DNA of 17,755 bases from Pseudobdellovibrionaceae bacterium (GCA_044359815.1 JBIKLL010000058.1:1-17755), one strand, 5' to 3'; counted from the first letter of the stretch, positions 6,085-16,062 are shown. Notes: generated by a model not told the origin, from the sequence alone. Made by a program: numbers and translations.

Positions 6085-7794
6085 GTGAGCGAAACAAGCG
6101 ACTTAATGTTTAATCAGCTAAATCTTGAACCCAGTTTATATTCCAACATACAAAAAATTGGTTTTGATAAATGCACACCGATACAGTCTTTGGCTATACC
6201 CAAGATTTCGGCAGGTTTAGATATTGCTGGATTAGCACAAACTGGAACCGGTAAAACCGGCGCCTTTTTGATTCCAATGATCGATCGAATTTTGAAATCA
6301 AAAAGGGGACAGCTCACTGAGGACGAACAAAAGCACGCTTTTGTTGATTGGCAAAACAGAAATTTTATTTTGATTCTGGTTCCTACTCGTGAACTAGCAG
6401 AACAGGTTCAGCAGAACGCCGAGGGTTTGCTGTATGAAACTGGTTTATGTGCTTGTTCGATTTACGGCGGTACGGGGTATGAAAAGCAAATCGAAGCCGT
6501 AAAATCCGGTGCGGAATTTGTCGTGGCGACTCCTGGGCGATTGATTGATTTATACAAAGAACATCATATTGATTTAAAACAAGTTCGTGCTGTCGTGTTT
6601 GATGAAGCCGACAGAATGTTTGATATGGGATTTAAGGACGATATGAAATATATTTTGTCCCGCATTCCCAGGACCCGGCAGTTTTTGGTTTTTAGTGCGA
6701 CCTTGAATTTTGATGTTTTAAATACTGCTTATCAGTTTGGTGCAGAACCCATTGAAATTGATATTTCCAGAGACCAAGCTAAGGCCGAAAACGTCAAAGA
6801 CGAAATTTTTCATGTGGGTCACTTTGATAAGCCCATGATGCTGTTATCTTTAATAAAAAATCAGAATCCGAATCAGGTTATTATTTTTAGCAATTACAAA
6901 CACAGTGTGGATCGCATCGCTCAGTTTTTGACCAGCAATGGACTTCCGGCTATGGGAATTTCCAGTTTACTGTCGCAGAATCAGCGCAACCGAGTCATCG
7001 AACAATTTAAAGCTGTTAATAATAAAAACATTTTAGTTGCTACAGACGTTGCAGCTCGAGGCCTGGATATTAAAGGCGTCGATATGGTTATCAATTTTGA
7101 TCTGCCAGGGGATTCAGAATCCTATGTGCACAGAATTGGTCGAACTGGCCGCGCAGGTGCCGAGGGCAAAGCCTTATCATTAGTCAGTGATCAAGATGTG
7201 GATGCTCTTTCCAGGATTGAAAGTTATTTGAAGCACAAAATCGAAATTGGCTGGATGGATGACACTCATTTGATCAAAGAATTTGTTCCTTATCCGTCAG
7301 AGCAAAGACCCAAAAAAGACTTTGGCAACAGAGAATTTGGCAGAAAACCGCATGATGGAAATCGAGATCGCAACAGGCAGCCTCGAGGCGGCGGTGACCG
7401 AAAACCATATCAGGATGGCAGACCAAAATCTTTTGACAACAGAAACCAAGCAGGCCCAGCCAAATCTGCTGAGGGTAGGCCGCAAAATCCAAATCACCAA
7501 AGGCCCAACGACAAAAGGCCTCATGAAAACAGAAGTCATGATCACAAAAAGGGCGAAAAACAATTTGGTGATAAAAATCGAACTCACAATAATAGTAGCA
7601 AAAAGCCATTTAGACAGAATGATCGGTCTGCACAGGGCAAACCGATAAACGGTCAGGCGCCCAACAGACACAGAAATCAAAACAATAAATCCAGGCCTAA
7701 TCTGAATCAGAACAGAAATGTGAAACCACCACAAGGGACGGGGATCATTTCAAAAATCGGCAAATTCTTTAAAGGGCTTTTTCAGGACTCTTAG
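6085..7794 (+). CDS. DEAD-box RNA helicase, RhlB-like, with a long basic/polar C-terminal tail
   Basis: Q motif GFDKCTPIQ, AQTGTGKT, PTRELA, TPGRL, DEAD, SAT, ARGLD and HRIGRTGRAG. DIAGLAQTGTGKT and DEADRMFDMGF resemble RhlB. The start may be ATG 6106 rather than GTG 6085. Confidence 0.93.
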   Translation: MSETSDLMFNQLNLEPSLYSNIQKIGFDKCTPIQSLAIPKISAGLDIAGLAQTGTGKTGAFLIPMIDRILKSKRGQLTEDEQKHAFVDWQNRNFILILVPTRELAEQVQQNAEGLLYETGLCACSIYGGTGYEKQIEAVKSGAEFVVATPGRLIDLYKEHHIDLKQVRAVVFDEADRMFDMGFKDDMKYILSRIPRTRQFLVFSATLNFDVLNTAYQFGAEPIEIDISRDQAKAENVKDEIFHVGHFDKPMMLLSLIKNQNPNQVIIFSNYKHSVDRIAQFLTSNGLPAMGISSLLSQNQRNRVIEQFKAVNNKNILVATDVAARGLDIKGVDMVINFDLPGDSESYVHRIGRTGRAGAEGKALSLVSDQDVDALSRIESYLKHKIEIGWMDDTHLIKEFVPYPSEQRPKKDFGNREFGRKPHDGNRDRNRQPRGGGDRKPYQDGRPKSFDNRNQAGPAKSAEGRPQNPNHQRPNDKRPHENRSHDHKKGEKQFGDKNRTHNNSSKKPFRQNDRSAQGKPINGQAPNRHRNQNNKSRPNLNQNRNVKPPQGTGIISKIGKFFKGLFQDS

Positions 7795-8317
7795 ACCATT
7801 CAAACGACTGGATGACTTGATTGCATTCAGTGATGGCCGAATTAAAAAAATCTTTTTCATCAGAGCAAGTTATCACTAAAGCGACTTTGTCTTTCACTTG
7901 AATATATTGTCTGGCCATAATTTTAGAATTGAGTTCCCTTAAGTCGATGGCAATGGCATTAGTGCCACCCATATTAAAAATTTTCTGATTGGTGATTTCA
8001 AACCCATAACTAGAATAATTTTGTATCCATTTTTTGGTGTAGCCTTCGATGCTGGTATCGGCCTTCAGTTTTGTTTTTGTGACCAGTAGTCGGGGCCAAG
8101 AGCGCTTTTTTTGAAAGGCCTCCAGCACGGATCCAGAATTTGGTTGCATCTGCAAATCCCAATTACTATTAAATGACATCTTAAATCCATGTGGCAGCAA
8201 AAAGATTCCCTTTTGCTTATTTAATAAATGCTCAGTACTTAAGCCAGGATGAGGTGCCGCGATCACCGATCCTGTTACAAAAGTGACTACTAACAATGCA
8301 ATCAAGCAATTATTCAT
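7769..8317 (-). CDS. Exported hypothetical protein, possibly PsbP/DcrB-like fold
   Basis: Signal peptide MNNCLIALLVVTFVTGSVIA/A. The C-terminal pattern RQYIQV..VALVITCS...VIQSFEW resembles Mog1/PsbP-type proteins, but the fold call is tentative. Overlaps the helicase 3' end by 26 bp. Confidence 0.7.
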   Translation of the reverse strand: MNNCLIALLVVTFVTGSVIAAPHPGLSTEHLLNKQKGIFLLPHGFKMSFNSNWDLQMQPNSGSVLEAFQKKRSWPRLLVTKTKLKADTSIEGYTKKWIQNYSSYGFEITNQKIFNMGGTNAIAIDLRELNSKIMARQYIQVKDKVALVITCSDEKDFFNSAITECNQVIQSFEWSKSPEKAL

Positions 8318-8424
8318 ATCAAAAATAATACTCTTTTATTTGTAATTTCATAGTCCTGAAAGTACCTTTCCTGCAGCTGAATCGGGGCTGTGGGGGCCTT
8401 GATTTTTATTTTGAGGGGGAGTCT

Positions 8425-11400
8425 ATGAAAAAAATAACTATTTTTATGCCTTTGCTTTTAACCTTTTTGGTGGGATGCCAACCAAATAAATCAGTTCATT
8501 CATTTTTGGGAGGTGAAGATCCAAATAAATTCACCGCAATATTTAGCACTCGTCCCCAGAATCAAACTCATTTTATTGCAATAATAAAATTACAATCACC
8601 GGCTCTGCTCACGCAGGCTAAGCTGGTTAACGGTGTCAATGTCATTGACCCCAAAGCCAATGAATTGCTGAACCAAGAGCAAACAGAATTTATTGAAGCG
8701 CTTAAAATTCTGTCCAGCGAAATCAGAGTTTTATACACTTACAAGTATGTCGTAAATGGTTTAGCAATCTTGGCTCCGATTGCGCTTCAAGAAAAAATTA
8801 AAAAAGACTCCAGAGTCGTATACATCGAACAAACAAAATCTTTTGCTCATCCACAGTATTTCAGGTCTTACTTAAGCCTGACCTTGGATTTAAAAGAAAG
8901 AAACTCGGTTAAATTTATCGGGGGCGAACAGGTTCGCAGCACTTTGAAATCACCAGTAACAGGCAATCCAATCACTGGAGCTGGGATCAGAGTTGGAATC
9001 ATTGATACAGGTATTGATTACACCCATTCGATGTTTGGTGGTTTAGGCACTGAAGCTGCATTTAAAGCTGTTGAACCTGCAAAACCGGCTGAAGGTTATC
9101 CCAACAACAAAGTCGTTGGAGGAATTGATTTAGTAGGAACTAAATATGATTCGGGGTCAGCGATTTTTGATCACCATATCCCTGAACCGGATTTAAATCC
9201 TGTGGATGAATCAGGTCATGGAACACATGTGGCTGGAACAGTGGCCGGTAAGGGTGATTGGATCGAAACTTATGATGGCGTTGCGCCTGATGCTTCTCTG
9301 TATGCAATCAAAGTTTTTGGTCAGGATGGTTCAACTTCCGATGCGGTTGTTGTTGCGGCTTTGGAATATTCTGCCGATCCTAATAAGGACGGGGATTTGT
9401 CTGATCAATTGCATGTGGTGAATTTGTCATTGGGAAGCCCTTGGGGAAATCCCAGTATTTTATATTCTGAAGCCATCATGAATTTGTCTAAAGCTGGAAC
9501 TTCGGTTGTGTGTTCAGCAGGTAATTCCGGAGCTGTTGATTACATCACTGGTGCCCCTGGCAGTTCTGATCATGCGATTTCTGTGGCAGCCAGTGTGGAT
9601 GACGGTTTTCACAATTGGCAGTTTCGCGCAGTTAAGTTTATAACTGGCAATGGTCAATCAGTGCTGACTGAAGCCGTTGAATCTGCGATGGCAAAACCGC
9701 TAAGCGAACTGACTCAGCTGAAATCACAGCTTTTTTATATTGGTCTGGCTAATCAAGAGTTAACTCCCGAACAAAAAGCCACACTTAAAGACAAAATTGC
9801 TTTGATTGACAGGGGTGCTGTTACTTTTGCCGAGAAAATTAAAAGAGCCGCCGAAGCCGGTGCTGTTGCAGTTATTGTTGTAAACAATAATCCTGATGCG
9901 CCCTTTGTAATGGGTGGCAATGACAAGTTTTCAATACCCGCAATTATGATCGGTCAACAATTGGGGCAAACATTAAAGGACACTATGCGAACAGAAGCCA
10001 TTGAGGCTGATTTTGTGGTGCCCGATCGGATTCAGAAACCTGAATTGATTGATACCATCACGGGATTTTCATCAAAAGGTCCCAGGTCTTTTGATAGTGC
10101 TTTTAAGCCAGAAATTTCTGCGCCAGGTTCGGCAGTTATTTCAGCAGCTATGGGGTCGGGCGCAAAAGGGGTTAAATTTTCAGGAACTTCAATGGCGGCT
10201 CCGCATTTGGCAGGCGTCGTAGCATTGGTGAAAAATTTTAAACCAGAGCTTAATTCGGAAGAAGTAAAATCAGTGCTGATGAACACATCTAAAATAATTC
10301 AAAATACCAAATCCGAGAACTACCCACTGACATTGCAGGGAGCTGGGAGGGTAGAGGCTTATCTTGCCGCTTTGGCTGAAACAGCCACTGTGCCTGCGGC
10401 GATTTCACTGGGCGAAATCAGTCTGGAAAAAGCTAAAATCGTAAAATCAGAATTGGTGATTAAAAATTTAACTGACAAGCCTGTGGAGTATTCTGTGGAA
10501 TTCAGCTCTTCAAACAGTTTAAAATTGGTTCAGCCAACAGGATTAAGTCTGCTGACTGTGAAACCAAAAGATTCACTTAAAGTGGATTTAAAATTTTTGT
10601 TACAGGCCCAGGCACAATTCGGAGTCGGAGTTTCAGAGCTGACAGGAAATTTGATTCTTAAAACAGTCAATGCACAGACTCGGGTCCCTGTTTTGGCAGT
10701 TGAAAAACGGATTTCAGCCGTGCAGGCGACCGAGTTAGCGGTTTCAGCCAGCAGTGCTGTGGATTCATTAGGGGCATTGACTGAGCTGCATTTAAAAAAC
10801 AGCAGTCAGTTTTCGGCAAAAGTGCTGCCGTTTAATCTGTTAGCTAAGGATTCAAAAAAACAGGATTCAGTGTCTGATCCAGCCGTCAGCAAGGCTTGTG
10901 ATCTGCAGGCTGCGGGATATAAATTGGTGGATAAAATTGGCGGGTCTGCAGAGCTGCAGATTGCAATCAAGCTGTATCAGCCGCTGACGACCTGGAATGA
11001 ATGTGATGTGTCTTTGTTGATTGATTCGAACAATGATGAAGTGATTGATCAAGAGCTGGTAACCATGCCCGCTGAAAATCTGAAGGGTTTGGTAGTCCCA
11101 GCTGGCTACAAAATAGTTTCGGTATTGTTGGATGCAATCAAAGCATCTGAAATCAGAAAAAAGTATGAACAGGAACTGGCCGAATCTATAGCCTCTGGCA
11201 AGCCTGCCCCCAAGGAGGATTACCAGTCAGCTATACTGGATATTCAGCCACAAGAAATTTTTAATAATTCATCAGTTCATGTTTTGAAAACTCAGCTTGG
11301 ATTATTGAAAACAAATTCAAACAATGAGTTGCGGTTTAAATTAGTGACTCAAAATACAGGATCAGCAGTGATTGAGTCTGATGATTATTTAGGAACAGAT

Positions 11401-11619
11401 AAAGCTTGGCAGAAACTGGTTGTGCACAAGGGGGCACAAAGTTTTGTAGGGTTGCCTGAGACTGTTGAGGTTTTGCCGAATGCGGATGCAAAAATTGAAT
11501 TCACTAAGGGTGAAGGGGACAAAAATTTGTTGTTGTTGTCGCCAACAAATAGGAATTCATTTTTTAATGATGGCACTGATCAGCAGATACAGGTGGTAGT
11601 GCCTAAATACAAATTGTGA
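8425..11619 (+). CDS. S8 subtilisin-like serine protease (Vpr-like) with propeptide, PA domain and C-terminal beta domains; predicted lipoprotein
   Basis: RBS GAGGGGGAG; lipobox LVG/C; catalytic triad motifs GIIDTGID, HGTHVAG and GTSMAAPH; oxyanion SAGNSG; PA insert KIALIDRGAVTFAEKIKRAAEAGAVAVIV; FSSKGP..KPEISAPG. Confidence 0.95.
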   Translation: MKKITIFMPLLLTFLVGCQPNKSVHSFLGGEDPNKFTAIFSTRPQNQTHFIAIIKLQSPALLTQAKLVNGVNVIDPKANELLNQEQTEFIEALKILSSEIRVLYTYKYVVNGLAILAPIALQEKIKKDSRVVYIEQTKSFAHPQYFRSYLSLTLDLKERNSVKFIGGEQVRSTLKSPVTGNPITGAGIRVGIIDTGIDYTHSMFGGLGTEAAFKAVEPAKPAEGYPNNKVVGGIDLVGTKYDSGSAIFDHHIPEPDLNPVDESGHGTHVAGTVAGKGDWIETYDGVAPDASLYAIKVFGQDGSTSDAVVVAALEYSADPNKDGDLSDQLHVVNLSLGSPWGNPSILYSEAIMNLSKAGTSVVCSAGNSGAVDYITGAPGSSDHAISVAASVDDGFHNWQFRAVKFITGNGQSVLTEAVESAMAKPLSELTQLKSQLFYIGLANQELTPEQKATLKDKIALIDRGAVTFAEKIKRAAEAGAVAVIVVNNNPDAPFVMGGNDKFSIPAIMIGQQLGQTLKDTMRTEAIEADFVVPDRIQKPELIDTITGFSSKGPRSFDSAFKPEISAPGSAVISAAMGSGAKGVKFSGTSMAAPHLAGVVALVKNFKPELNSEEVKSVLMNTSKIIQNTKSENYPLTLQGAGRVEAYLAALAETATVPAAISLGEISLEKAKIVKSELVIKNLTDKPVEYSVEFSSSNSLKLVQPTGLSLLTVKPKDSLKVDLKFLLQAQAQFGVGVSELTGNLILKTVNAQTRVPVLAVEKRISAVQATELAVSASSAVDSLGALTELHLKNSSQFSAKVLPFNLLAKDSKKQDSVSDPAVSKACDLQAAGYKLVDKIGGSAELQIAIKLYQPLTTWNECDVSLLIDSNNDEVIDQELVTMPAENLKGLVVPAGYKIVSVLLDAIKASEIRKKYEQELAESIASGKPAPKEDYQSAILDIQPQEIFNNSSVHVLKTQLGLLKTNSNNELRFKLVTQNTGSAVIESDDYLGTDKAWQKLVVHKGAQSFVGLPETVEVLPNADAKIEFTKGEGDKNLLLLSPTNRNSFFNDGTDQQIQVVVPKYKL

Positions 11620-11639
11620 CTTTAATTTCAGGCTGAATG

Positions 11640-12716
11640 CTATTGCAGTTGGGCGCAATACAACTGCTTCATTTCGATAGGTTTTACAAAAACTTGATAA
11701 CCTTGATTTTTTTCAGCAGAAAGAATCAAGGTGTCTTTTGTGTCGACAAAGATTGCGTTTTGGATTTTTTTGTCGCTTTCAATCAGCTTTTTAAAACATT
11801 CATCATTTATCACATACAAAAAGACAAAATATTTTAAATCACTTTGAAATACGAAAGATATTTTTTTGCCATCCGTGCTCCATCTGACTTCAATCAAATC
11901 CATTTTGCTGGTGGGCAGATCCACTGAAATTTCATACAGAGCATGTTTGATTTGAATTTTTTCTTTGAAAGCCATCAGCCAAGCTTCAGATACATTAGAG
12001 TATTCAAGGCCCAGTAATTTCACATCCCATGGAATCAGATTTTCGGTTTGATTTAGTTTTTTGATTGAGACTCCACTGACATCCAGTTTTTTATAATAAA
12101 TCTGATCTCTGATAACACCAAGGGCCTCATCTCGTCCCGGTCTGTTGGTCAGTCTTTCGATGTCAGAGCTTTCAATGTCGCTTTGATAAATTTCGTAACT
12201 GGGTTCGGTTTGCCCGGTCACTTTTTGCAAAATATTTGGTCTTTCTTTGATTTCGTCAGTGGTTGAACTGTAGATGATTTTATCTTGATACCAAAATGGC
12301 CTGATCACATCACCGTCTTGGTAGGTCAGTCGTTTTTCAGATAGGGTTTCCAGATCCAACAAATAACCTTGTGAATGATTGTGTGCAATTCTTTGGTTTG
12401 AAGTGTAGGCCAGTTGAAAGGGTTTAAGATTTATACTGGACAATGAATTGTTGCCCTCAAATGTGGCCTGAGTCCCCAAGACGGGATCAGAATTTGTAGC
12501 GCTGACAGAGTCTTTGATCGGAACAAAAATCTTTAGTGAACCTGACGGTTGGCGTTTTTGTGAAGACTGGCAGTAAACCACAGAGAACGCGCAAACCAAT
12601 CCCAAACCATAGCGCAAAAATTTAGTACTTATGCTTTTTCGTTCAGCCTTTTTTGCAAAATCTTTTGCATAAGTGACGAAGGATTGATTGTCGGGATCTG
12701 GTTTAAATTTATCCAT
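11640..12716 (-). CDS. TolB-like / PD40 beta-propeller periplasmic or lipoprotein
   Basis: Propeller-type motifs EKRLTYQDG, IIYSSTTDE, YEIY..DIESSDIERLTNRPGRD and WSTDGKKISF. The likely true start is TTG 12617 (MRYGLGLVCAFSVVY/C), which removes the overlap with mutY. Confidence 0.7.
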   Translation of the reverse strand: MDKFKPDPDNQSFVTYAKDFAKKAERKSISTKFLRYGLGLVCAFSVVYCQSSQKRQPSGSLKIFVPIKDSVSATNSDPVLGTQATFEGNNSLSSINLKPFQLAYTSNQRIAHNHSQGYLLDLETLSEKRLTYQDGDVIRPFWYQDKIIYSSTTDEIKERPNILQKVTGQTEPSYEIYQSDIESSDIERLTNRPGRDEALGVIRDQIYYKKLDVSGVSIKKLNQTENLIPWDVKLLGLEYSNVSEAWLMAFKEKIQIKHALYEISVDLPTSKMDLIEVRWSTDGKKISFVFQSDLKYFVFLYVINDECFKKLIESDKKIQNAIFVDTKDTLILSAEKNQGYQVFVKPIEMKQLYCAQLQ

Positions 12717-13690
12717 TTAATGAGTTCTCTTTTATAATTCCATTTTACCTGTTTCGGGAATTGAATGTAAATATCATGATGAGTAATTCTGTGTTTTATG
12801 TCGAAAGTCTTTGGTTTTTTATCTGGACGCAAAATCTTTCCTGGAAAGATCATTAGTTTTTTTAAAAACGGAGCGTAAGTGTTTTGCACCAAAGCAATTT
12901 TATTGGCCTTTAAAACAACTTTGGGCTGCCAAATCAAAACTTGAGTCTTTTGTCGAGGTTTCTTGATTGGCAATAAATGTGTTTGATTTTTCTTTAATGA
13001 CTGGCATTGCTTCTGCCAGGGGCACATCACACACAGGGGTTTATTGGCAGTGCAAACAGTGGCCCCTAATTCCATCAGCGCTTGATTGATCACACTGGGT
13101 TGGCCCAATTGTGCAAACTTATCTGACAGAGTTTGCAGATAATTTTTATTTTTAGTTTCCCACCATTTTAATTTTAGATTCAAGAGTCTGCATAAAACCC
13201 GGATCACATTACCATCCAACACTCCGACGGGTTCTTCAAAAGCAATGCTGGCAATGGCTCTGCTGGTGTAAGGGCCTAGTCCAGGTAATTGAATCAACTG
13301 ATCAGCAGTTTGTGGAAACCCATTGGCAGCTATGATTTGTGCGGTTTTATGTAAATTTCTGACCCTGGAATAATACCCCAATCCTGACCAGCTGTCGTAG
13401 ACCATTTCTAAATCGGCAGATGCTAACTGGTGCACGTCAGGAAATCTGTCCAAGAAACGGTTATAAAATCGATCGACAGATTTACACATAGTTTGTTGCA
13501 GCATGATTTCAGAAATCCAGATTCTGTAAGGATCTTTGCTGGATCGCCAGGGTAAATTTCTGCGATGAGCGTGATACCAGTCCTGTAGTGATTTTGCTAA
13601 TGGTGACTTGATCAATGCCGAATTGCCCTGGGCTGATCTGGACACAGCTGGTGTAATCAGTTTTGCGTCGATGTTATTATTTGATTTCAT
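12629..13690 (-). CDS. mutY: A/G-specific adenine DNA glycosylase
   Basis: RNLPWR, IWISEIMLQQT, WSGLGYYSR, HhH LPGLGPYT, VLDGNVIRV, NQALMELGA and the [4Fe-4S] motif CX6CX2CX5C. Confidence 0.95.
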   Translation of the reverse strand: MKSNNNIDAKLITPAVSRSAQGNSALIKSPLAKSLQDWYHAHRRNLPWRSSKDPYRIWISEIMLQQTMCKSVDRFYNRFLDRFPDVHQLASADLEMVYDSWSGLGYYSRVRNLHKTAQIIAANGFPQTADQLIQLPGLGPYTSRAIASIAFEEPVGVLDGNVIRVLCRLLNLKLKWWETKNKNYLQTLSDKFAQLGQPSVINQALMELGATVCTANKPLCVMCPWQKQCQSLKKNQTHLLPIKKPRQKTQVLIWQPKVVLKANKIALVQNTYAPFLKKLMIFPGKILRPDKKPKTFDIKHRITHHDIYIQFPKQVKWNYKRELIKWINLNQIPTINPSSLMQKILQKRLNEKA

Positions 13691-13717
13691 TAATCAGCAA
13701 CGATACGAATGTAGCTT

Positions 13718-14653
13718 ATGAATAGCAAGAACAATGAATACAGACCCCTTAGTGGGCGAGAATTTCCCAGATTCTCTGCCATCAAAACTTTTTTCAGATT
13801 GCCTCAGGCGGATATAGATCAAGATTTTGAAGTGGCAGTTTTCGGGATTCCCTTTGATGGAGGAGCTAGCTACAGGCCCGGGCAAAGGTTTGCTCCACAA
13901 TCAATTCGTGAGGCCTCCAGTTTGGGTCGAGGCTTTCATTGGACAAGGGCTGAAAATTGTTTTGAGAATTTGAAATGCGCAGACGTTGGTGACTGCCCAG
14001 TTGTGCCTATTGATTTGAATCAAACTTACACAAAAATTGAAAAGTATGTTTCTGATGTTTTAAAATCTAAAAAACGATTCATAGCTGTTGGTGGTGATCA
14101 CAGTGTCAGTTTGCCTGTCTTAAGAGCTTTAAAAAAACACTACAAAAAGCCTGTTAATTTCATTCACTTTGATGCTCACTTGGATACTTATCCAGCAGCT
14201 TGGGGTTGTGAATACCATCATGGTTCTTTTGCAAGACACGCAGTTGATGAAGGCCTGGTGAATCCCAAAGGGGCTCTGCAGATTGGTATCAGGGGGCCAC
14301 TGGTTTCTAAGGAAGATTTGGATTTTGTAAATAAAAATAAAATCCGAGTGGACACAATAGACGATATCAGAAAAGGCACTTTAGCAGATTATCTAAAGAC
14401 TCTGCCTGAATTTAAGGGACCAACTTATATTTCATTTGATGTGGATTGTTTGGATCCTGCTTACGCACCAGGGACCGGGACTCCTGTACCTGGGGGTTTG
14501 ACGACTTATGAAACTCAAAGGATTTTACGGGCACTAAAAATCGATCAATTGGTTGGTGCTGACGTGGTCGAGGTTTTGCCTGCTACTGATCATTCAGACA
14601 TCACGGCATTGGCTGCAGTTGATGTCATGTTTGAATGTCTTCATTTGTTTTAG
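13718..14653 (+). CDS. speB: Agmatinase / guanidino-acid ureohydrolase (arginase family)
   Basis: GIPFD..SYRPGQRFAP, GGDHS, DAHLD, HGS, IGIRG and SFDVDCLDPAYAPGTGTP. Substrate (agmatine vs guanidinobutyrate) cannot be fixed from sequence. Confidence 0.85.
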   Translation: MNSKNNEYRPLSGREFPRFSAIKTFFRLPQADIDQDFEVAVFGIPFDGGASYRPGQRFAPQSIREASSLGRGFHWTRAENCFENLKCADVGDCPVVPIDLNQTYTKIEKYVSDVLKSKKRFIAVGGDHSVSLPVLRALKKHYKKPVNFIHFDAHLDTYPAAWGCEYHHGSFARHAVDEGLVNPKGALQIGIRGPLVSKEDLDFVNKNKIRVDTIDDIRKGTLADYLKTLPEFKGPTYISFDVDCLDPAYAPGTGTPVPGGLTTYETQRILRALKIDQLVGADVVEVLPATDHSDITALAAVDVMFECLHLF

Positions 14654-16062
14654 ATTTTTTCTAAATCAATGTGTCCTTCGGGCGGGCGAAGGCCTTTCTT
14701 TTTGATTTTTTCAACCAAAGTGGTGCGATTAAGTCTGAGTAAAATTGCTGCTTGATTGCGATTCCAGCCGGTTTTTTCAAGCGCTTTCAGGATCAACTGA
14801 TTTTCGTAGTCATCAACGGCTGCATTAAAGTCCATTCCGTTGTCAGGGATAGCCAGTGAAAAGGCCGCATCTGTTTTGGATTCGCTGATTCTGTATTTCG
14901 GGGGAAGATCTTCGATCGAAACAGTTCCTTGTCCTTTTAAAATAGCCAGTCTTTCAATCAAGTTTTCCAGTTCTCTGATGTTTCCGGGCCATGAATATCC
15001 CGTCAATTGTTCCATGGCTTCAGGTGTAATGCCCGTCAGCTTTCTGCCCTTTGATTTGTTAAAAACACCAATAAAATGTTCGATCAAAAGGGGGATATCA
15101 GTTGGTCGCTCTCTTAGTGCAGGAACATACAATGGAATTACGTTCAGTCTGTAAAACAGATCTTCACGGAACTGACCTTCTTTGACCAGATCCTCCAGAT
15201 TTTTATTTGTAGCCGCAATCACTCGCACGTTGACCTGAATGGTTTTAGCACTGCCTACCGGTTCGAATTGGCGTTCCTGTAAGACTCTTAGGATTTTTAC
15301 TTGCATGGCTGGTTCCAGATCGCCAATTTCATCCAGAAAAATCGTTCCACCATCAGCCAGTTCAAATCGACCTATTCTGTTTGCAATAGCGCCGGTGAAA
15401 GAACCTTTAACGTGACCAAAAAATTCACTTTCCAATAACTCTGATGGGATTGCTCCGCAGTTGATGGCCACAAAGGGATTATTGGTTCGGCTGGAGTTGT
15501 AATGTATGGCTCGAGCCATCAGTTCCTTACCAGTGCCACTTTCACCGTGAATCAGCACAGTGGAATCCGAATCGGCGACTCTTTCTACCATTCCTGTTGC
15601 GGCTTTTATCCCTTCGCTAGTTCCAATGATCTGATCAAATTTATATTTTTTGTTCAGTTCAGTTCGCAGCTGAAAATTTTCAGCTTGCAGTTTTTTATGG
15701 CTCAAAGCTTTGTCAACTAGGCTCAGAAACTCGTCCATATTAAAGGGCTTTGTTATAAAATGAAAAGCTCCCAGTTTTGTGGCTTTCACTGCATTTTCAA
15801 CAGTGCCGTTTCCAGTCAGTACTATGACTTCGCATGCTGGATGGATGGCCTTGATATGATTCATCAGTTCAATGCCGTCGCCGTCTGGCAGATTTATATC
15901 GACAATTGCCAGATCCAATTGTTGGTCAGCTTGGCAAAGCATTTTTGCTTCGTCCACTCGATTGGCTGTGATTGCATTGATGCCTTTTCTGTCGATGGCT
16001 CTAAAAAGAGTCGTGCGCAATGTTGATTCGTCATCAACTATCAGAACTCGTGACTGTTTCAT
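14650..16062 (-). CDS. Sigma54-dependent NtrC/AtoC-family response regulator (REC-AAA+-Fis HTH)
   Basis: VLIVDDE, phospho-Asp in VDINLP, TKPF, Walker A GESGTGKE, FGHVKGSFTGA, FLDEIG, FREDLFYRLNV, WPGNIREL and HTH NRNQAAILLRLNRTTL. RBS-like GGAAGG upstream. Confidence 0.95.
   Translation of the reverse strand: MKQSRVLIVDDESTLRTTLFRAIDRKGINAITANRVDEAKMLCQADQQLDLAIVDINLPDGDGIELMNHIKAIHPACEVIVLTGNGTVENAVKATKLGAFHFITKPFNMDEFLSLVDKALSHKKLQAENFQLRTELNKKYKFDQIIGTSEGIKAATGMVERVADSDSTVLIHGESGTGKELMARAIHYNSSRTNNPFVAINCGAIPSELLESEFFGHVKGSFTGAIANRIGRFELADGGTIFLDEIGDLEPAMQVKILRVLQERQFEPVGSAKTIQVNVRVIAATNKNLEDLVKEGQFREDLFYRLNVIPLYVPALRERPTDIPLLIEHFIGVFNKSKGRKLTGITPEAMEQLTGYSWPGNIRELENLIERLAILKGQGTVSIEDLPPKYRISESKTDAAFSLAIPDNGMDFNAAVDDYENQLILKALEKTGWNRNQAAILLRLNRTTLVEKIKKKGLRPPEGHIDLEKI

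Noticed and set aside
7274..7734. Three alternative-frame ORFs (111, 121 and 145 aa)
   Set aside because: They are shadows of the low-complexity helicase tail, with no RBS or family motifs.
8370..8397. GC-rich hairpin upstream of the subtilase as a riboswitch
   Set aside because: It is a single G-U-rich stem with no recognisable aptamer motif.
12629..12716. 88 bp same-strand overlap of mutY and the TolB-like gene
   Set aside because: Probably a start-call artefact. TTG at 12617 gives a clean signal peptide with no overlap.
15395..15425. GSFTGA instead of GAFTGA in the sigma54 activator
   Set aside because: This is a known functional variant of the motif.
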